The notes under the pieces were generated by a model. The model was not told the origin of the DNA. It made no database searches and worked only from the letters and a program-made list of their open reading frames with translations. Source: Eledone cirrhosa (taxonomy: Eukaryota). Taken from it: a stretch of 64,000 bases of DNA. The first letter of the stretch is position 1. Each line of letters begins with the position of its first letter. Location: positions 39,060,001 to 39,124,000 of the forward strand of contig OZ024756.1 in assembly GCA_964016885.1 (NCBI GenBank). The letters run 5' to 3'. The translations under genes and the position numbers were made by a program. Below, in pieces: positions 1 to 13,425 of the stretch.

Positions 1-1574
1 TATTTCCTCTTAACGTTTCATTTTTAGTAAGAAAAGTATAAGGCGGAGTGAAACAATTTATATGCATACTTCTCTTGTAGCTCATCTGGCTATATGGAGA
101 TTATGTCTAGTCTACCAACAGCTATTTATGTTCACTGACCAGCACTCTAAGGCCACCCACCACCAGGAAAGACATTCATATCACAGCCTTGGCACTGTAC
201 ACGAACGGCAGTCAAATGATACTATTCGGACCGAGGAAACCTAAAAAATATATAGAGTTCCTATGAAATTTCTTCTAGAGAAAAAAATTTTTTCCGAAAG
301 AAAAAAACCTTCTTCCCCCGAGATCACGTTTACAAAATTCAGAAAACTGAATTGAAAACTAGGTTGAAAGAAACTCATCAATTAGAGGTTAATTCAGAGA
401 GCCTTCATAAATCTCTCAGAAAAGAGAGTTGCTGATGTATACAACAATTTCAAACTGCTAGCCTTGAGTGATACGTTGATGTAAACAATGATCTTGCAAT
501 CACATGTTATATGCCTTGATAAGTCCCACCATGGGGTCGGACGAAACGGCTGTCGGCAATAAACTTGTTATAATGTCATAATAGTTCCTTTGTTCTTTTT
601 CACTAATATTTCTGCTCTGCGTATACGCATAGAGCTTAACTAGCTACCGTCGCATATTTGGTAAGTCAGACGTGATCATCGCGATTCACATACGTCCTAC
701 CATACATCTTACTTATATATATATATATATATTTGTGTGTGTGTGAAACTATATATTAAAGTCTAGTTGTATATACACGTGAGCTTTTGTTCATTTGCTC
801 CAATGAGATACGGTTATCACTGCGAGTTTAGAAATGTCTATATTTTCGAGCGTTCTATCCGGGATTACAGTTGTTGCTTCTTTTAGATGCAGCGATATCT
901 GTATATATATATGCATGCACACTCATATATGTGTATATATTCGTGTCTATATATGTATGTATCTATGTATGTATGTATGTATGTATGTATGTATGTATGT
1001 ATGTATGTATGCATGTGTGTGTCAGTATGTGTATGTTTGCGTATGTGTGTTTCTATTTGTACCTGTATTTGTACTGCACATAATAGTTGATTTAAAAACG
1101 GCTTCCCCTGTCATAATTATTATCAATGGGAGATTCTGGTGAAAACAAGCTCTGTGATTGGTTCATTCTGTTATACCTAATATGGTAATATTTGCAATAC
1201 ATTCATAGAATACTTTCTCTAATTGTGCAGTTCGATATTTGCCAAACAACGATGCCTAAATTTTTTTTATTAGAATCATTGATATTGTATGCAGGATATT
1301 ATTGGATCCTACACATTATAATGGAACGTAAGAAAGGGTAATAAAATGTGTCAAATGTATATATATTTATATATATATAATTATTTATGCAAAGTATATA
1401 TACATCGGCTTGTATATATATATATATATATATATGTCAAAAATTATATTTATATTTATATATATGTCAAAAATTATCTATGCAAAGTATATATATATAT
1501 ATATACACCGGCTTGTGTATATACTTTATATATCTCTTTTACCTGTTCTAGCCATCCGACTGAGGCCATATATA

Positions 1575-2023
1575 TATATATGCATAAAATTTTTTGTATT
1601 TTCATTGGTCAATTTGAACTCTGTTCCCAAACGAACCTGAAATTTTGAATTGTTGTTATTATCAATAAATATATTTCATTATTTCTGAAGACGGCATATA
1701 TGTGTGTTTGGTATGTATATTTAATCTTGATAGTTTGTATAATTTTGTATAATTTTGTACATAGATCTGTTGAATATGCATGCCAATTCTAACACATATA
1801 TATCCTAGAAACGATCGTTAAATAATGAACTTTTTTTGTTTAATATAAGGAACTGTTTCATTGTTTTATTCATTATTTTTTAAATATTTTATCTTGACTC
1901 TGTATTCCGTTTATCTTTCACCGAAAGTGATTTTTCATTGCATCTCTTCTTTCCATGATATCCGGACTACATTGAGTTCTTCATACGGATTGGACACTAC
2001 CGTAAACTCTTGGTAGATTTATC

Positions 2024-2026
<3 letters not shown>
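1575..2026 (+). mobile_element. HHR-bearing PLE-like non-autonomous element, family A (copy 1), between (TA)n tracts
   Basis: Shares ~190 bp with 17978-18175, contains an HHR fold and ends in (TA)n. Confidence 0.65.
1677..1827 (+). ncRNA. Type I hammerhead ribozyme with very long stem II (family A)
   Basis: CATTATTT-CTGAAGA-[~115 nt imperfect hairpin]-GAAAC-GATC-GTT^AAATAATG; 8-bp stem I; palindromic stem III ACGATCGT. Confidence 0.7.
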
Positions 2027-2075
<49 letters not shown>

Positions 2076-2080
<5 letters not shown>

Positions 2081-2155
2081 TAAAATAACAGATTAAAGTT
2101 TAAGCAAAGAATCGCTGCTTTCACCCTTAATTTTAGTCTTCAAATTTATTATTAT

Positions 2156-2160
<5 letters not shown>
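2076..2160. mobile_element. Family D fragment: inverted arm fused to forward 3' tail, inside (TA)n
   Basis: Matches both ends of 19414-19640 in opposite orientations. Confidence 0.7.
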
Positions 2161-2248
<88 letters not shown>

Positions 2249-2352
2249 CTCAGTTGGATGGCTGGAACAGGTAAAAGAGATATATATTATATACACAAGC
2301 CGGTGTATATATATATATATATATATATATACTTTGCATAGATAATTTTTGA

Positions 2353-2770
2353 CATGACTTAGTGGTTAGAGTGCTTAGAGAATTGGATTTGCAATCTTGA
2401 GGCTGTGAGTTCATTTTCCGGACCGGGCGATGCATGCGATATATCCTTGAACAAAACACTTTATTTTCCCGTTGCACTTTCTGAGAGGTGCTGCAGCCCG
2501 CAGATAGCATCAGCAATGGAAAGATCAATGGAAGCCTCGTTTTCTTGGTCTGATCTGATGATCAGCTCCTTTCTTCTGCCAGGAGTTGTGGCTGACAGAT
2601 AGCATCACCAATGGAAAGATCAATGGAAGCCTCGTTTTCTTGGTCTGATCTGATGATCAGCTCCTTTCTTCTGCCAGGAGTTGTGGCTGACAGATAGCAT
2701 CAGCAATGGAAAGATCAATGGAAGCCTCGTTTTCTTGGTCTAGTTTGACAAGTTTCGCCCCAGTCGAGAA
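2353..2770 (+). mobile_element. tRNA-derived SINE (type II) with 95-bp 3' module repeated ~2.5x
   Basis: A-box-like TGGTTAGAG, B-box-like GAGTTCATT, CCTTGAACAAAACACTTTATTT core; module starts at 2501, 2596, 2691. Confidence 0.8.
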
Positions 2771-3509
2771 ACGGGTAAGTTCTCGTATATGTCGATCGCT
2801 GAAGAAACATGTATAGATGTAGTAAAATAAGGGGGTGAATCTAAAATCAACCAACAGAACAGCCCACATCCCATGAACGTTTTTTCGTCTGAACATGAAT
2901 GATGAGTCCCTGCAGAGAAACAATACAATGCAACAACTAATATTCGAGCTTTGAACACATTTTCTTTATGACAGAATGTTACCACTGTGCTACGGTGCAC
3001 ACATCAAATGTAACTTGTATACATGCAAACAGAATGGTGGGGCGAGAGGGAGGCTTTTAGGATAGGGATGTTGTTAATACTTCACTTCATGATTGCAATC
3101 GATAAAAGAGTGTGTGTAGTGGTGGTGGTGGTTGTGGTGGTGGATGGGGAACCATGCTAGATATAAAAAAACAATATATCAAAGGTTTTTTTGTTGTTTC
3201 CGCCTCATTGAAATGCTTCTTCTTCGAAAAGAGTTAAGAAGACATATAAAATGGCTGCTGTTCCTGTTTTGTCCGGGACTAAATCTCTCAGCTAGATTGC
3301 TGTCGTGCTTATCTCCGATTGGTTCTAAGCAAGTGCATAGACAAACAATAGGATTCTGTCTTCGCGCTGAGAAATCAAAAAGCTATCAGCTGAAGAGAAG
3401 AAAAAAAAAGGAGTTTTTTTTATTCTACCAGCAATAGAATAGAAACTCCTATTTCAGTTGTTATATTTTTCACCCAGATCACCAGGCGAGGCTAGACTGT
3501 GATAATATA

Positions 3510-3902
<393 letters not shown>

Positions 3903-3988
3903 ATATATAAAATGCAACAATTAAACTGATCCTTTCTAAATTACAGTAGTTTGCATATTTTGAAAATATATATATAACAAATTTGTCA

Positions 3989-4199
3989 TGTGTGGCTGAG
4001 TGGTTAGAGAATTGGATTCGCAATCGTAAGGTTGTGAGTTCGATTCCTGGACCAGGCGATGCGTTATGTCCTTGAGCAAGACACTTTATTTCACGTTGCT
4101 CCTTCTACCTGGAGTTGCGACCGATAGATAGTATTAGCAATTGGAAAGACCAACGGAAACATTGTTCCCTCGGTCCGATTTGACGAAAGTCGATCGTTC

Positions 4200-4201
<2 letters not shown>
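3989..4201 (+). mobile_element. tRNA-derived SINE type II (V/CORE-like central domain)
   Basis: GTGGCTGAGTGGTTAGAG..GAGTTCGATTCC..TGTCCTTGAGCAAGACACTTTATTTCACGTTGCTCC; homologous to 11512, 16212, 36191, 56535. Confidence 0.85.
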
Positions 4202-4268
<67 letters not shown>

Positions 4269-4511
4269 AGGCACGTGATTAACACATGACAAATTTGTTA
4301 TATATATATATTTGCAAAATATGCAAAATACTGTAATTTAGAAAGGATCAGTTTAATTGTTGCATTTTTTTTCTTTTGTACACAGAATTATAGAACGCTG
4401 CTGACGATGAGTTGAGGTGTGTCATTAGATGCAGACAAGCTACATTTGGTGGTTTTGGTGATGGTACACAGAAATCCATATGGGGTTACATATGTATAGA
4501 TATGATAATAA

Positions 4512-4693
4512 TAATGGTTTCTACTTTTGGCACAAGGCCAGCAATTATTCCAGTTCATTACTGGTACTTTATTTTATCGACCCCGTAAGGATAAAAGGCA
4601 AAGTTAACCTCGGCGGGATTTGAACTCAGACCATAAAGGGACGTAATTCTATGCTGCGACGCAGGGTTTCCGACCCTCTACAGATACTGCCAG
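4512..4693 (-). mobile_element. tRNA-derived SINE type I (Meta-domain-like)
   Basis: Reverse complement carries GAGTTCAAATCCCGCCGAGG..GCCTTTTATCCTTACGGGGTCGATAAAATAAAGTACCAG. Confidence 0.85.
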
Positions 4694-4699
4694 TAATGA

Positions 4700-5118
4700 A
4701 AATCATTGTTTACAGTGCTCAGGTGCACTACACCTATCAAAGGTGCATGTATAGTACATAGAATAATGTACAAATGTGAAGAAAGTGGACAGTGTATGAA
4801 ATCATGATATACACACAGATACATGTGTGCGTGTGTATGGGGGAGGAATATCAGGTGTAGTGTTGGCGAATTTCGGGAAGTATGGGCATTTTAAAGGATG
4901 CAGTGTCCTGACAGCTAACAACCGATGCAGGGAGTTTGTTCCATGCTTCAGCAACTCTGAGCGTGAAAAAATGTTTCTAAAAGTCATGGGAGCTGTGCTG
5001 TTTTCTGATTTTATAAGCATGTCCTCGGGTGTTAGACACATGGAATTCAAAAAGGTGCTCAGGGTTGTTGTTGGCAAGATGGTTAATAATTTTGTGGGTC
5101 TCTACCAAATCAGTTGCT
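4700..5118 (-). mobile_element. CR1-like LINE ORF2 C-terminus plus 3' UTR fragment (frameshifted)
   Basis: DLVETHKII..LFEFHVSNTRGHAYKIRKQHSSHDF matches the CR1/L2-type terminal motif DL.E.YKI..TRGH..K. Confidence 0.8.
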
Positions 5119-5145
5119 AGTGCATGTAAGAACGTCTGTGTGTGT

Positions 5146-5202
<57 letters not shown>

Positions 5203-5612
5203 TGCCTGTATGGTTGTATGTGTGTATGTGTATGTGTATATGGGTACGCGTGTGCACAAAATAAAAGATTGTGAATGTATGCGTGAATATGTGTGTCTGA
5301 GTATGTGCATGTGTGTGTGTGTGTGAGTGTATGTACAAAAAAGTTTGTGTGTTTATGTGTGTCTGTGTGTGTGTGTATGTGTGTGTGTGTATGTATATGT
5401 GTATGTGTGTGTGTATGCATGCGAAAAAAATGATTATTAAACAGAAAAAGTGTGTTAGTAAAATGAAGATTATGTATATGCAGTGCGTGTGTGTGTGTGT
5501 GTATATGTTAGTATATCAATGTATATGTATATATGTGCTTGTATGTCTGTAAATATGTGCACATGAGACAATGAGAGAGAGAGAGGAAGAGGGGGAAACG
5601 GAGAGAGAGAGT

Positions 5613-5669
<57 letters not shown>

Positions 5670-5703
5670 ACAAGCCGGCGGAAGACAGACAGCTATAATA
5701 AAC

Positions 5704-5803
<100 letters not shown>

Positions 5804-6074
5804 TATTTATATATATATATATGTATGTGTGTGTGTGCATGCTTTTATCTGGATGTATGTATGTATATGTACGTATGTATGTACGTGTGTGTGTTTGTGG
5901 CTATGTATATGTGCATGTTTTAATCTGGATGTGTATGTGTGTGTGTGTGTGTGTGTCTGTATGATGTATGTGTGTTTGTGCCAATGTGTATGTGCATGCG
6001 TTAATCTGTATATGTGGTAAATATTACTCATTATATTTCCAGTCTCTCTCTTCACAATTGGTTATGCACCGAGT

Positions 6075-6158
6075 GTTGCACTGTTGTTGCACTGTTGTTG
6101 CACTGTTGTTGCACTGTTGTTGCACTGTTGTTGCACTGTTTCACTGTTGCACTGTTGC
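6075..6158. repeat. 11-bp tandem repeat (CACTGTTGTTG)n
   Basis: Direct reading. Confidence 0.9.
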
Positions 6159-6256
6159 ATACCTCTTACTTATCAAATATCTCGCTTACATCAACAATTT
6201 CCCCTCTAGCACCACACATATATGTCTCTCTCTCTATATATATAAATGTGTGTGTG

Positions 6257-6287
<31 letters not shown>

Positions 6288-6359
6288 GCTTGTTTTCGAC
6301 TAAATCCGCGAGTGTGTGTGTGTATGATATATGTGTTTGTGCCTATGTATATGTGCATA

Positions 6360-6465
<106 letters not shown>

Positions 6466-6894
6466 TATATATATTATATATATTTATATATATACATATA
6501 TATATATATAAATATATATATATTATATATATATATTATATATATTTATACATATATATATATATATATATACTTGCAAAAGATGATATGCAATCTAAAA
6601 TTGGATGCAATTGAAGAGTAGAAACTCTATTAAGAGGTTAAGTGGAATGGATTGACCAGACGAGAGTTTAAACCTAGTAAATGCAATATATACCTCTTTG
6701 TTCTTTTGTTTACTTTATGATATATTTACCTGTATTATTCCTATTTCGTGTGTAGAATTTCCCGGTAATCAGTCTCTCACCTTGTTAGTCAGACCCTAAT
6801 ATGGAGATTCCCAGACATAGTTTATATTATAAGAATTTGGAAATAGATTTCCATAGGAAACCTTTATTATTCTTATAACATGAAGACATATATA

Positions 6895-6993
6895 CAGAGT
6901 GTCCCAAAACATGTATTCACGTTTTACTTACCTGTACATGCAATATTTATTAGAATACTGTTGAAGTATGTATACATATTTTGGAACACTCTG
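6895..6993. mobile_element. Tiny Tc1/mariner-type MITE
   Basis: TA-CAGAGTGTCCCAAAA..TTTTGGAACACTCTG-TA; relatives at 8789 and 44779. Confidence 0.8.
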
Positions 6994-7219
6994 TATTTAT
7001 TTAGATGTTAGTTAAGTGGTGGTGGGCGCCATGTGGTATAAAGTAAAATCTCAACAGAGTTCACTGCTAATCTTACCTATTTAACTGATTACATTCGTGT
7101 CTGACATTACTGACTACCTTGCAGGTATAGACATCAAATAGTATCATTTTTCTTTTCTAATGAAATACGGAAGGTTAGAAGAAATAGCTAATATTAATAT
7201 AGAAAAAATAGGATATGGG

Positions 7220-7340
7220 TTGTTCCTGTAATTTGAAGGGCCAGCCTTATTACATTCTGTCTCATGCTGAATCACCCTGAGAACTACGGCAAGGGTACAC
7301 GTGTCAGTGGAATGCTCAGTCACTTACATGTTAATTAACA
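7220..7340 (+). mobile_element. Internal fragment of a SINE (Nin/Deu-domain-like)
   Basis: GCCAGCCTT..CCCTGAGAACTACG..AAGGGTACACGTGTC..CACTTACATGTTAA resembles a remembered octopus SINE 3' half. Confidence 0.45.
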
Positions 7341-7501
7341 CTAATATAGAACAATTAGGATATAGGTAAATTCATTTAATCTTTGTTTTCATCAGAGTTG
7401 ATATAATCTGGGTCTGGGAGAGCAAATTCAGTCGGTAAGATGGAAGATATGAGTGAGGTTCTCATGTGAAATACTATCAAGATTTTCTCTACAGTCAGAG
7501 A

Positions 7502-7737
7502 TGTGATGTAGGGGGCTTAGTACATATTTATTAAAAATACAGATCTCCGTTTATTTACAAGTTATTTATAAAATATCAGAGTCAGTGCTATAGAACAATA
7601 TGTATATTTATATACTGCTGTTGCTTTCTGTTTGCATATGAGTGCAGGGTTTGTGCTAAAGGCAACGAAGTTTGTAGCTTGCTTTTAGTCTTCAATGCCA
7701 AACTATGCTGTCCCCCTATCACTCTTTTACGATCACA
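7502..7737 (-). mobile_element. Possible solo LTR
   Basis: TGTGAT..ATCACA termini; AATAAA near the minus-strand 3' end; no clean TSD. Confidence 0.35.
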
Positions 7738-8788
7738 ATCTTCTACAAAAATCTCTCACAGATTTATAAAACAAATTCTTCATGGATCATTTGTGACAAG
7801 TGGCGTACAACAAGTGGCAAGCTTCTCACAATATACAATTGCCTTCTTAGTCGCAGATCAAAGTTTCGCCCGCCCTTAAAATGCAGAGACTTTATGCATT
7901 GTTTAAAGAAAGCAATGCCAGGATTCAGTAAACATTATCCTTTTTTTTAGCTGGACATGGAAATTCGTTAATACTGTTTCTATTTTCGCCTAAAGCGTCA
8001 CAAGATCTCACCCCCCCCCCCCCCTGAATGTTTTGAAGGTGCAGAAAATAAGAATATAGTAACAGCCTCCAACATTAGAGAGCGTTACAAGATCTTCCTG
8101 GTGAATGTTTTGAGAGTACGGAAAGTAAGAATATAGTAACAGAGTCCGTCCTTTAGAGTACAGAGTTATCTGGAAGAGTTGAGTGTAAGAAATGTCCTTG
8201 TATACATACATCTATTGCAATGTATCATGAATCTACCGAACCAAATTATTAGTGATGGCTGGTAATTCATTGTCAGGTTTGAATGAAGGCTTTACGCATC
8301 TCAAAAAGAAAAAAAAAAAAGCAATTTTATTTTTCCTAAATTCTTCAGAACTAAATAGTATCGAACACTGATGTATGAAACCATTTACGGCTGTTATTGA
8401 ACAATAAACGATGACAAGACTGCAGCCACATTTACGGCTGTTATTGAACAATAAACGATGACAAGACTGCAGCCACATTTACTTAAAGTTGTTCAACAAA
8501 AAAAAACTTTCATTTTAGTAGTATTTCTATTGGCAAAGAAATAGATAGACACCTAGTTGTACTAGATATTAGAAATGTCTATTTTGTATGAATGGAAGTA
8601 TATAGTATAACCTTTCAATTTTTCCCGCTCTATCAATATAGTGACAATTCGTTCATTCAACCTCGATCGAAATACAACTAATTGCACTACAGGAGACAAC
8701 ACGGTTTGTTGGTGTTGAAGTAAGGACTTAAAACATGTAGAGTCATGTTGTATTACCCATCCATAAAATACTGCCTTTCTTGTATATA

Positions 8789-8867
8789 CACAGTGTCCCC
8801 TAAAATGTATACACATTTATAAAAATGTTATTGAAGTGTTTATATATATATATATATGGACACCCTG
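8789..8867. mobile_element. Tiny Tc1-type MITE (degenerate)
   Basis: TA-CACAGTGTCC..GGACACCCTG-TA. Confidence 0.65.
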
Positions 8868-9029
8868 TATTTAGAGATCGAATATGTCTGCAGCTATCTT
8901 GGCAAATAAAATAATCAATTTGAAACTTTTGCAGTCTTTTTTTTTTTTTTTTTACAGAAATTCTAGAATTTAAGGTCCCCTTATTATTTTTATATCTAAT
9001 TAATATAGTGTGAAGACACGAGCTTTGGT

Positions 9030-9201
9030 GAGTGATGATGATGATGATGATAGTGATGATGACAGTGATGATGATGATGATGATGATGACAATAGTGATG
9101 ATAATGATGATGATGATATTAAGGACCACAACGACGATGATACGATGACGACGACGACGATGATGATGATGATGATGATGATAACAACAATGATGACTCG
9201 A

Positions 9202-9235
<34 letters not shown>

Positions 9236-9281
9236 GGTGATGATGATGATGATGGTGATGATGATGGTGGTGATGATGGTG

Positions 9282-9313
<32 letters not shown>

Positions 9314-9337
9314 AATGGTGATGATGGTGATGATGAT
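9030..9337. repeat. (GAT)n/(GGT)n compound microsatellite
   Basis: Direct reading. Confidence 0.95.
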
Positions 9338-9621
9338 AAACAAACAGTAAACACCAATGACAATGGTGAACGAAAAGAAAGAATTGGTTTTATGAAGAAG
9401 AATTTTGTTATGAAGAAAGACGAGAAGAGAAGGAGAGAAAGGAAGAGAAGAGAGAATAAGAGTGTAATGGATGTACATTTATTGATTGCTATTAGCAGTA
9501 GAAGTAGTAAGAGTGTAGTACTAGAGATTCCCTGCCAACCACGTGACGCTCTTACTACATCTCATACTACTCACGTTTATATTTGATATTACTTAAACTG
9601 TGACACGTGGTCCAACTTGTC

Positions 9622-9838
<217 letters not shown>

Positions 9839-9883
9839 TATGCATATATATATATATATATATATGTAATGTATAATATAATG

Positions 9884-9960
<77 letters not shown>

Positions 9961-10140
9961 TAAACGGAAAAGAAAATGGTGACAAATTGTTCCCAGTGAA
10001 AAATAGTTTAATTAGGAATAAGTAAAAATTAGTAATAGTATTGGTTAGTATTCAGTTTTGGTTTTAAGTTTTACCGGTTGCGCATTTCTAATGCTTTTCA
10101 AAAATAATTTTGAGATAGAGCGCCCGTGATGTTTGCTCTA

Positions 10141-10217
<77 letters not shown>

Positions 10218-10232
10218 ATGTATAATATAATG

Positions 10233-10301
<69 letters not shown>

Positions 10302-10316
10302 ATGTATAATATAATG

Positions 10317-10632
<316 letters not shown>

Positions 10633-11002
10633 GCTTCTTTGAGAGGTTTTTCTCATTAAGATGTTTAAGTATTAGAGATTAATTAACATTTTGCTTATCT
10701 TCGTTTGAAAATTGAGTGAAGTGGTTAGAGTCACATGCTCAGGTGATTCTGACTGAGATACCTGACCTGAAAAGATTTCCTATCGAAGGTTACAGAAACC
10801 ATCCCTGGCTACAAATCGCTTGGTTGGTTTTTCTGCCTTTATTAAGAAAGGAGGAATGGTGTGGAGCGTATAGCTAAGGCCCTTTACCTTCATTAATCAA
10901 AATTATTACAGAAACGACAAAAAAGTCTCCCCATGCCTCATAGAGAGTAAATAGAACTAAAGAAGACGAAGAAAGAGATATCACAGAAACATTACTATAA
11001 CA

Positions 11003-11162
11003 TACGCCATGCTTTGACGTATAGAGTTACGGCCCTTGCCATTCTGAGTTCAAATCCCGCCAAGGTTAACTTTGCCTTTCATCCTTACGGGGGTCGATAA
11101 AATAAAGTACCAGTAATGCACTGGTAATTGCTGGCCTTGTGCCTAACGTAGAAACAATTACT
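11003..11162 (+). mobile_element. SINE type I (Meta-domain-like)
   Basis: GAGTTCAAATCCCGCC..GCCTTTCATCCTTACGGGGGTCGATAAAATAAAGTACCAG. Confidence 0.85.
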
Positions 11163-11511
11163 ATAACATATACATGTCTTATTTTCTTGATATGAACACT
11201 TTCATATATTTTCTCTTCATTACATTTAGGGCACATGATCAGGGCCTATGAAAGGAACGGAGTATTTTGTTCCAGGGCCGAAGAGCTCAGAAGGCCTCAC
11301 AGCAACCATGCAACATCCATTTTGAGAAAAAATATTTCCCTGCTTCGGGCTCTAAAGAGGTCTTGTATCGCCTTGCAAAATTTCTCATGGATGCCTTTAT
11401 AATGACACACTATAATAACCAATTGCAAAATTTCTCTTGGAGACCCTGCACATACGAACACTTCCATATCTTTTCTCTTCACTACAGTTAGGGCCTTCAC
11501 TATATTGAAGG

Positions 11512-11706
11512 CATGGTTAGAGAATTGGATTCACAATCATGAGATTGTGAGTTCGATTCCTGGACCGGGTGATGCGCTATGTCCTTGAGCAAGACACTTT
11601 ATTTCACGTTGCTCCTTCTAGCTGGAGTTGCGACCGATAGATAGTATTAGCAATTGGAAAGACCGACGGAAACATTGTTTCCTCGGTCCGATTTAACGAA
11701 AGTCGA
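11512..11706 (+). mobile_element. SINE type II
   Basis: Closely similar to 3989-4201. Confidence 0.85.
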
Positions 11707-11952
11707 AATATATAAAGAAAGTTTTTAAAAACTGAAGAATTCGTGTAGACAAACCTTTAAATTAATTATCTAAATTGTTATCATTGGTTTTTTGAAATAT
11801 TTCTTTACCACTTTAATTAATATGTACGTACACGTGAATATGCACTATATATAAATATATATATACTTACACGCACGCACATATATACATATATGTATGT
11901 ATATACATTCATTCATACACATATATATATATATATTGATGTTGCTTAATGA

Positions 11953-12016
<64 letters not shown>

Positions 12017-12647
12017 GTACACACGCACATTATATATATATATATAAAGAGAGAGAGAGAGAGAGAAAGGGGGGAAGAAGTAGAAACATGTGCGCACGTG
12101 TTAGCATGTATATGTGTAAAGTTTGTGTATGATGTAGGATGTTATTGAGTCTGGCGTGTAATATAACTGTGTGTAGTTCGATGTGCTTCAGTTATTGACA
12201 GCTACCATAAATTGCCCGGGATAAAATAACCAATAACCAATCACATCACTTGTCTAGCTGGTCTACCGCTGACGGTTAGACATTTTCAGTGTCAGATCTA
12301 TTTTTAGAATCTGTGTAAAGCGTAACTTTCCATATAAGGAAAAATACTGATTGAGAATGGTAGAAAAATTAGTGAAAGACACGAGCAGCAATTTGATCAG
12401 GGGCATCGATTTGTATCGATAATAGTGAGGAGGAGCTTAGTGAAGAATTTTTCACAGAGCAGTGGTTAGAAAAATCGAAGATGAAGGCTCATTAGCATAT
12501 CTGGGTTAGAGAAATTGTGAGAACCAGTGATAGGATACTAGAGGAAAGTATGAATGGAACACGTGTTGATAAAGTAGATAGGTCCTGGCCTAGTTTGAAC
12601 TAAATACGTAAATATAGTGTAGAATATATATATATATATATATATAT

Positions 12648-13063
12648 GCAGAGGTTATATTTAATTTGTTGGGATACAACAAGCTAAATATTTTTATAAC
12701 TGATTATTGGAGTAAATATACAATATATTAACAAATGGAAACTATATTTATAAAACCATATTTATTTCAATATACATATTTCAAGGGCCACCAAAGCAAA
12801 CTATGGTGCGCTTTCATCAGATAAAATATAATATAGGTTAGTTTTATAAATAAATATTGACATACCCTTAAAAAATGCAACCATCCAGGAGATTCCAACC
12901 AGAATGGTTGCATTTTTTAAGGGTATGTCAATATTTATTTATAAAACTAACCTATATTATATTTTATCTGATGAAAGCGCACCATAGTTTGCTTTGGTGG
13001 CCCCTGAAATATGTATATTGAAATAAATATGGTTTTATAAATATAGTTTCCATTTGTTAATAT

Positions 13064-13067
<4 letters not shown>
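12648..13067. mobile_element. Family C palindromic element with two oppositely oriented HHRs
   Basis: ~164-bp near-perfect inverted arms 12721-12884 / 12904-13067, flanked by (TA)n. Confidence 0.85.
12960..13025 (+). ncRNA. Hammerhead ribozyme (family C); mirror copy on - at ~12763-12828
   Basis: TATTTTAT-CTGATGA-..CACCA..TGGTG..-GAAA-TATGTA-TA^TTGAAATA; first stem I pair mismatched. Confidence 0.65.
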
Positions 13068-13116
<49 letters not shown>

Positions 13117-13118
<2 letters not shown>

Positions 13119-13273
13119 CGAAGGAAATGTGGTAAGGAACCAGGTGGACCATAACGCACCAAAGTACTCAATACTTGAGGTAGTAGAGTGGATAATAGGA
13201 ACCAGTAAGACCCCGACAGCTGAGCTCAAGCCGTTTCGACGGCTTGAGCTCAGCTGTCGGGGTCTTACTGGTT

Positions 13274-13278
<5 letters not shown>
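13117..13278. mobile_element. Family F element ending in a perfect ~40-bp hairpin with TTCG loop
   Basis: AGGAACCAGTAAGACCCCGACAGCTGAGCTCAAGCCGT-TTCG-reverse complement; relatives at 33081, 35456, 62593. Confidence 0.8.
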
Positions 13279-13309
<31 letters not shown>

Positions 13310-13356
13310 TCTATATATATACATATGTATTTATATATATATATATATATGTGTGT

Positions 13357-13425
<69 letters not shown>

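Noticed and set aside
2555-2665. CTGATGA motifs followed by a hairpin in the SINE tandem module
   Set aside because: No GAAA or NUH in position; the motifs lie at tandem junctions
4386-4492. Acceptor-like TTTTGTACACAG and possible exon
   Set aside because: Stops in all three frames and a weak donor
11170-11500. Possible RTE RT relic on - (GIHEKFCKAIQDLF) with a 38-bp direct repeat
   Set aside because: Too short and rearranged to call
12330-12600. Purine-rich stretch resembling an old antisense LINE 3' end; similar at 18500-18700
   Set aside because: No motif could be read with confidence
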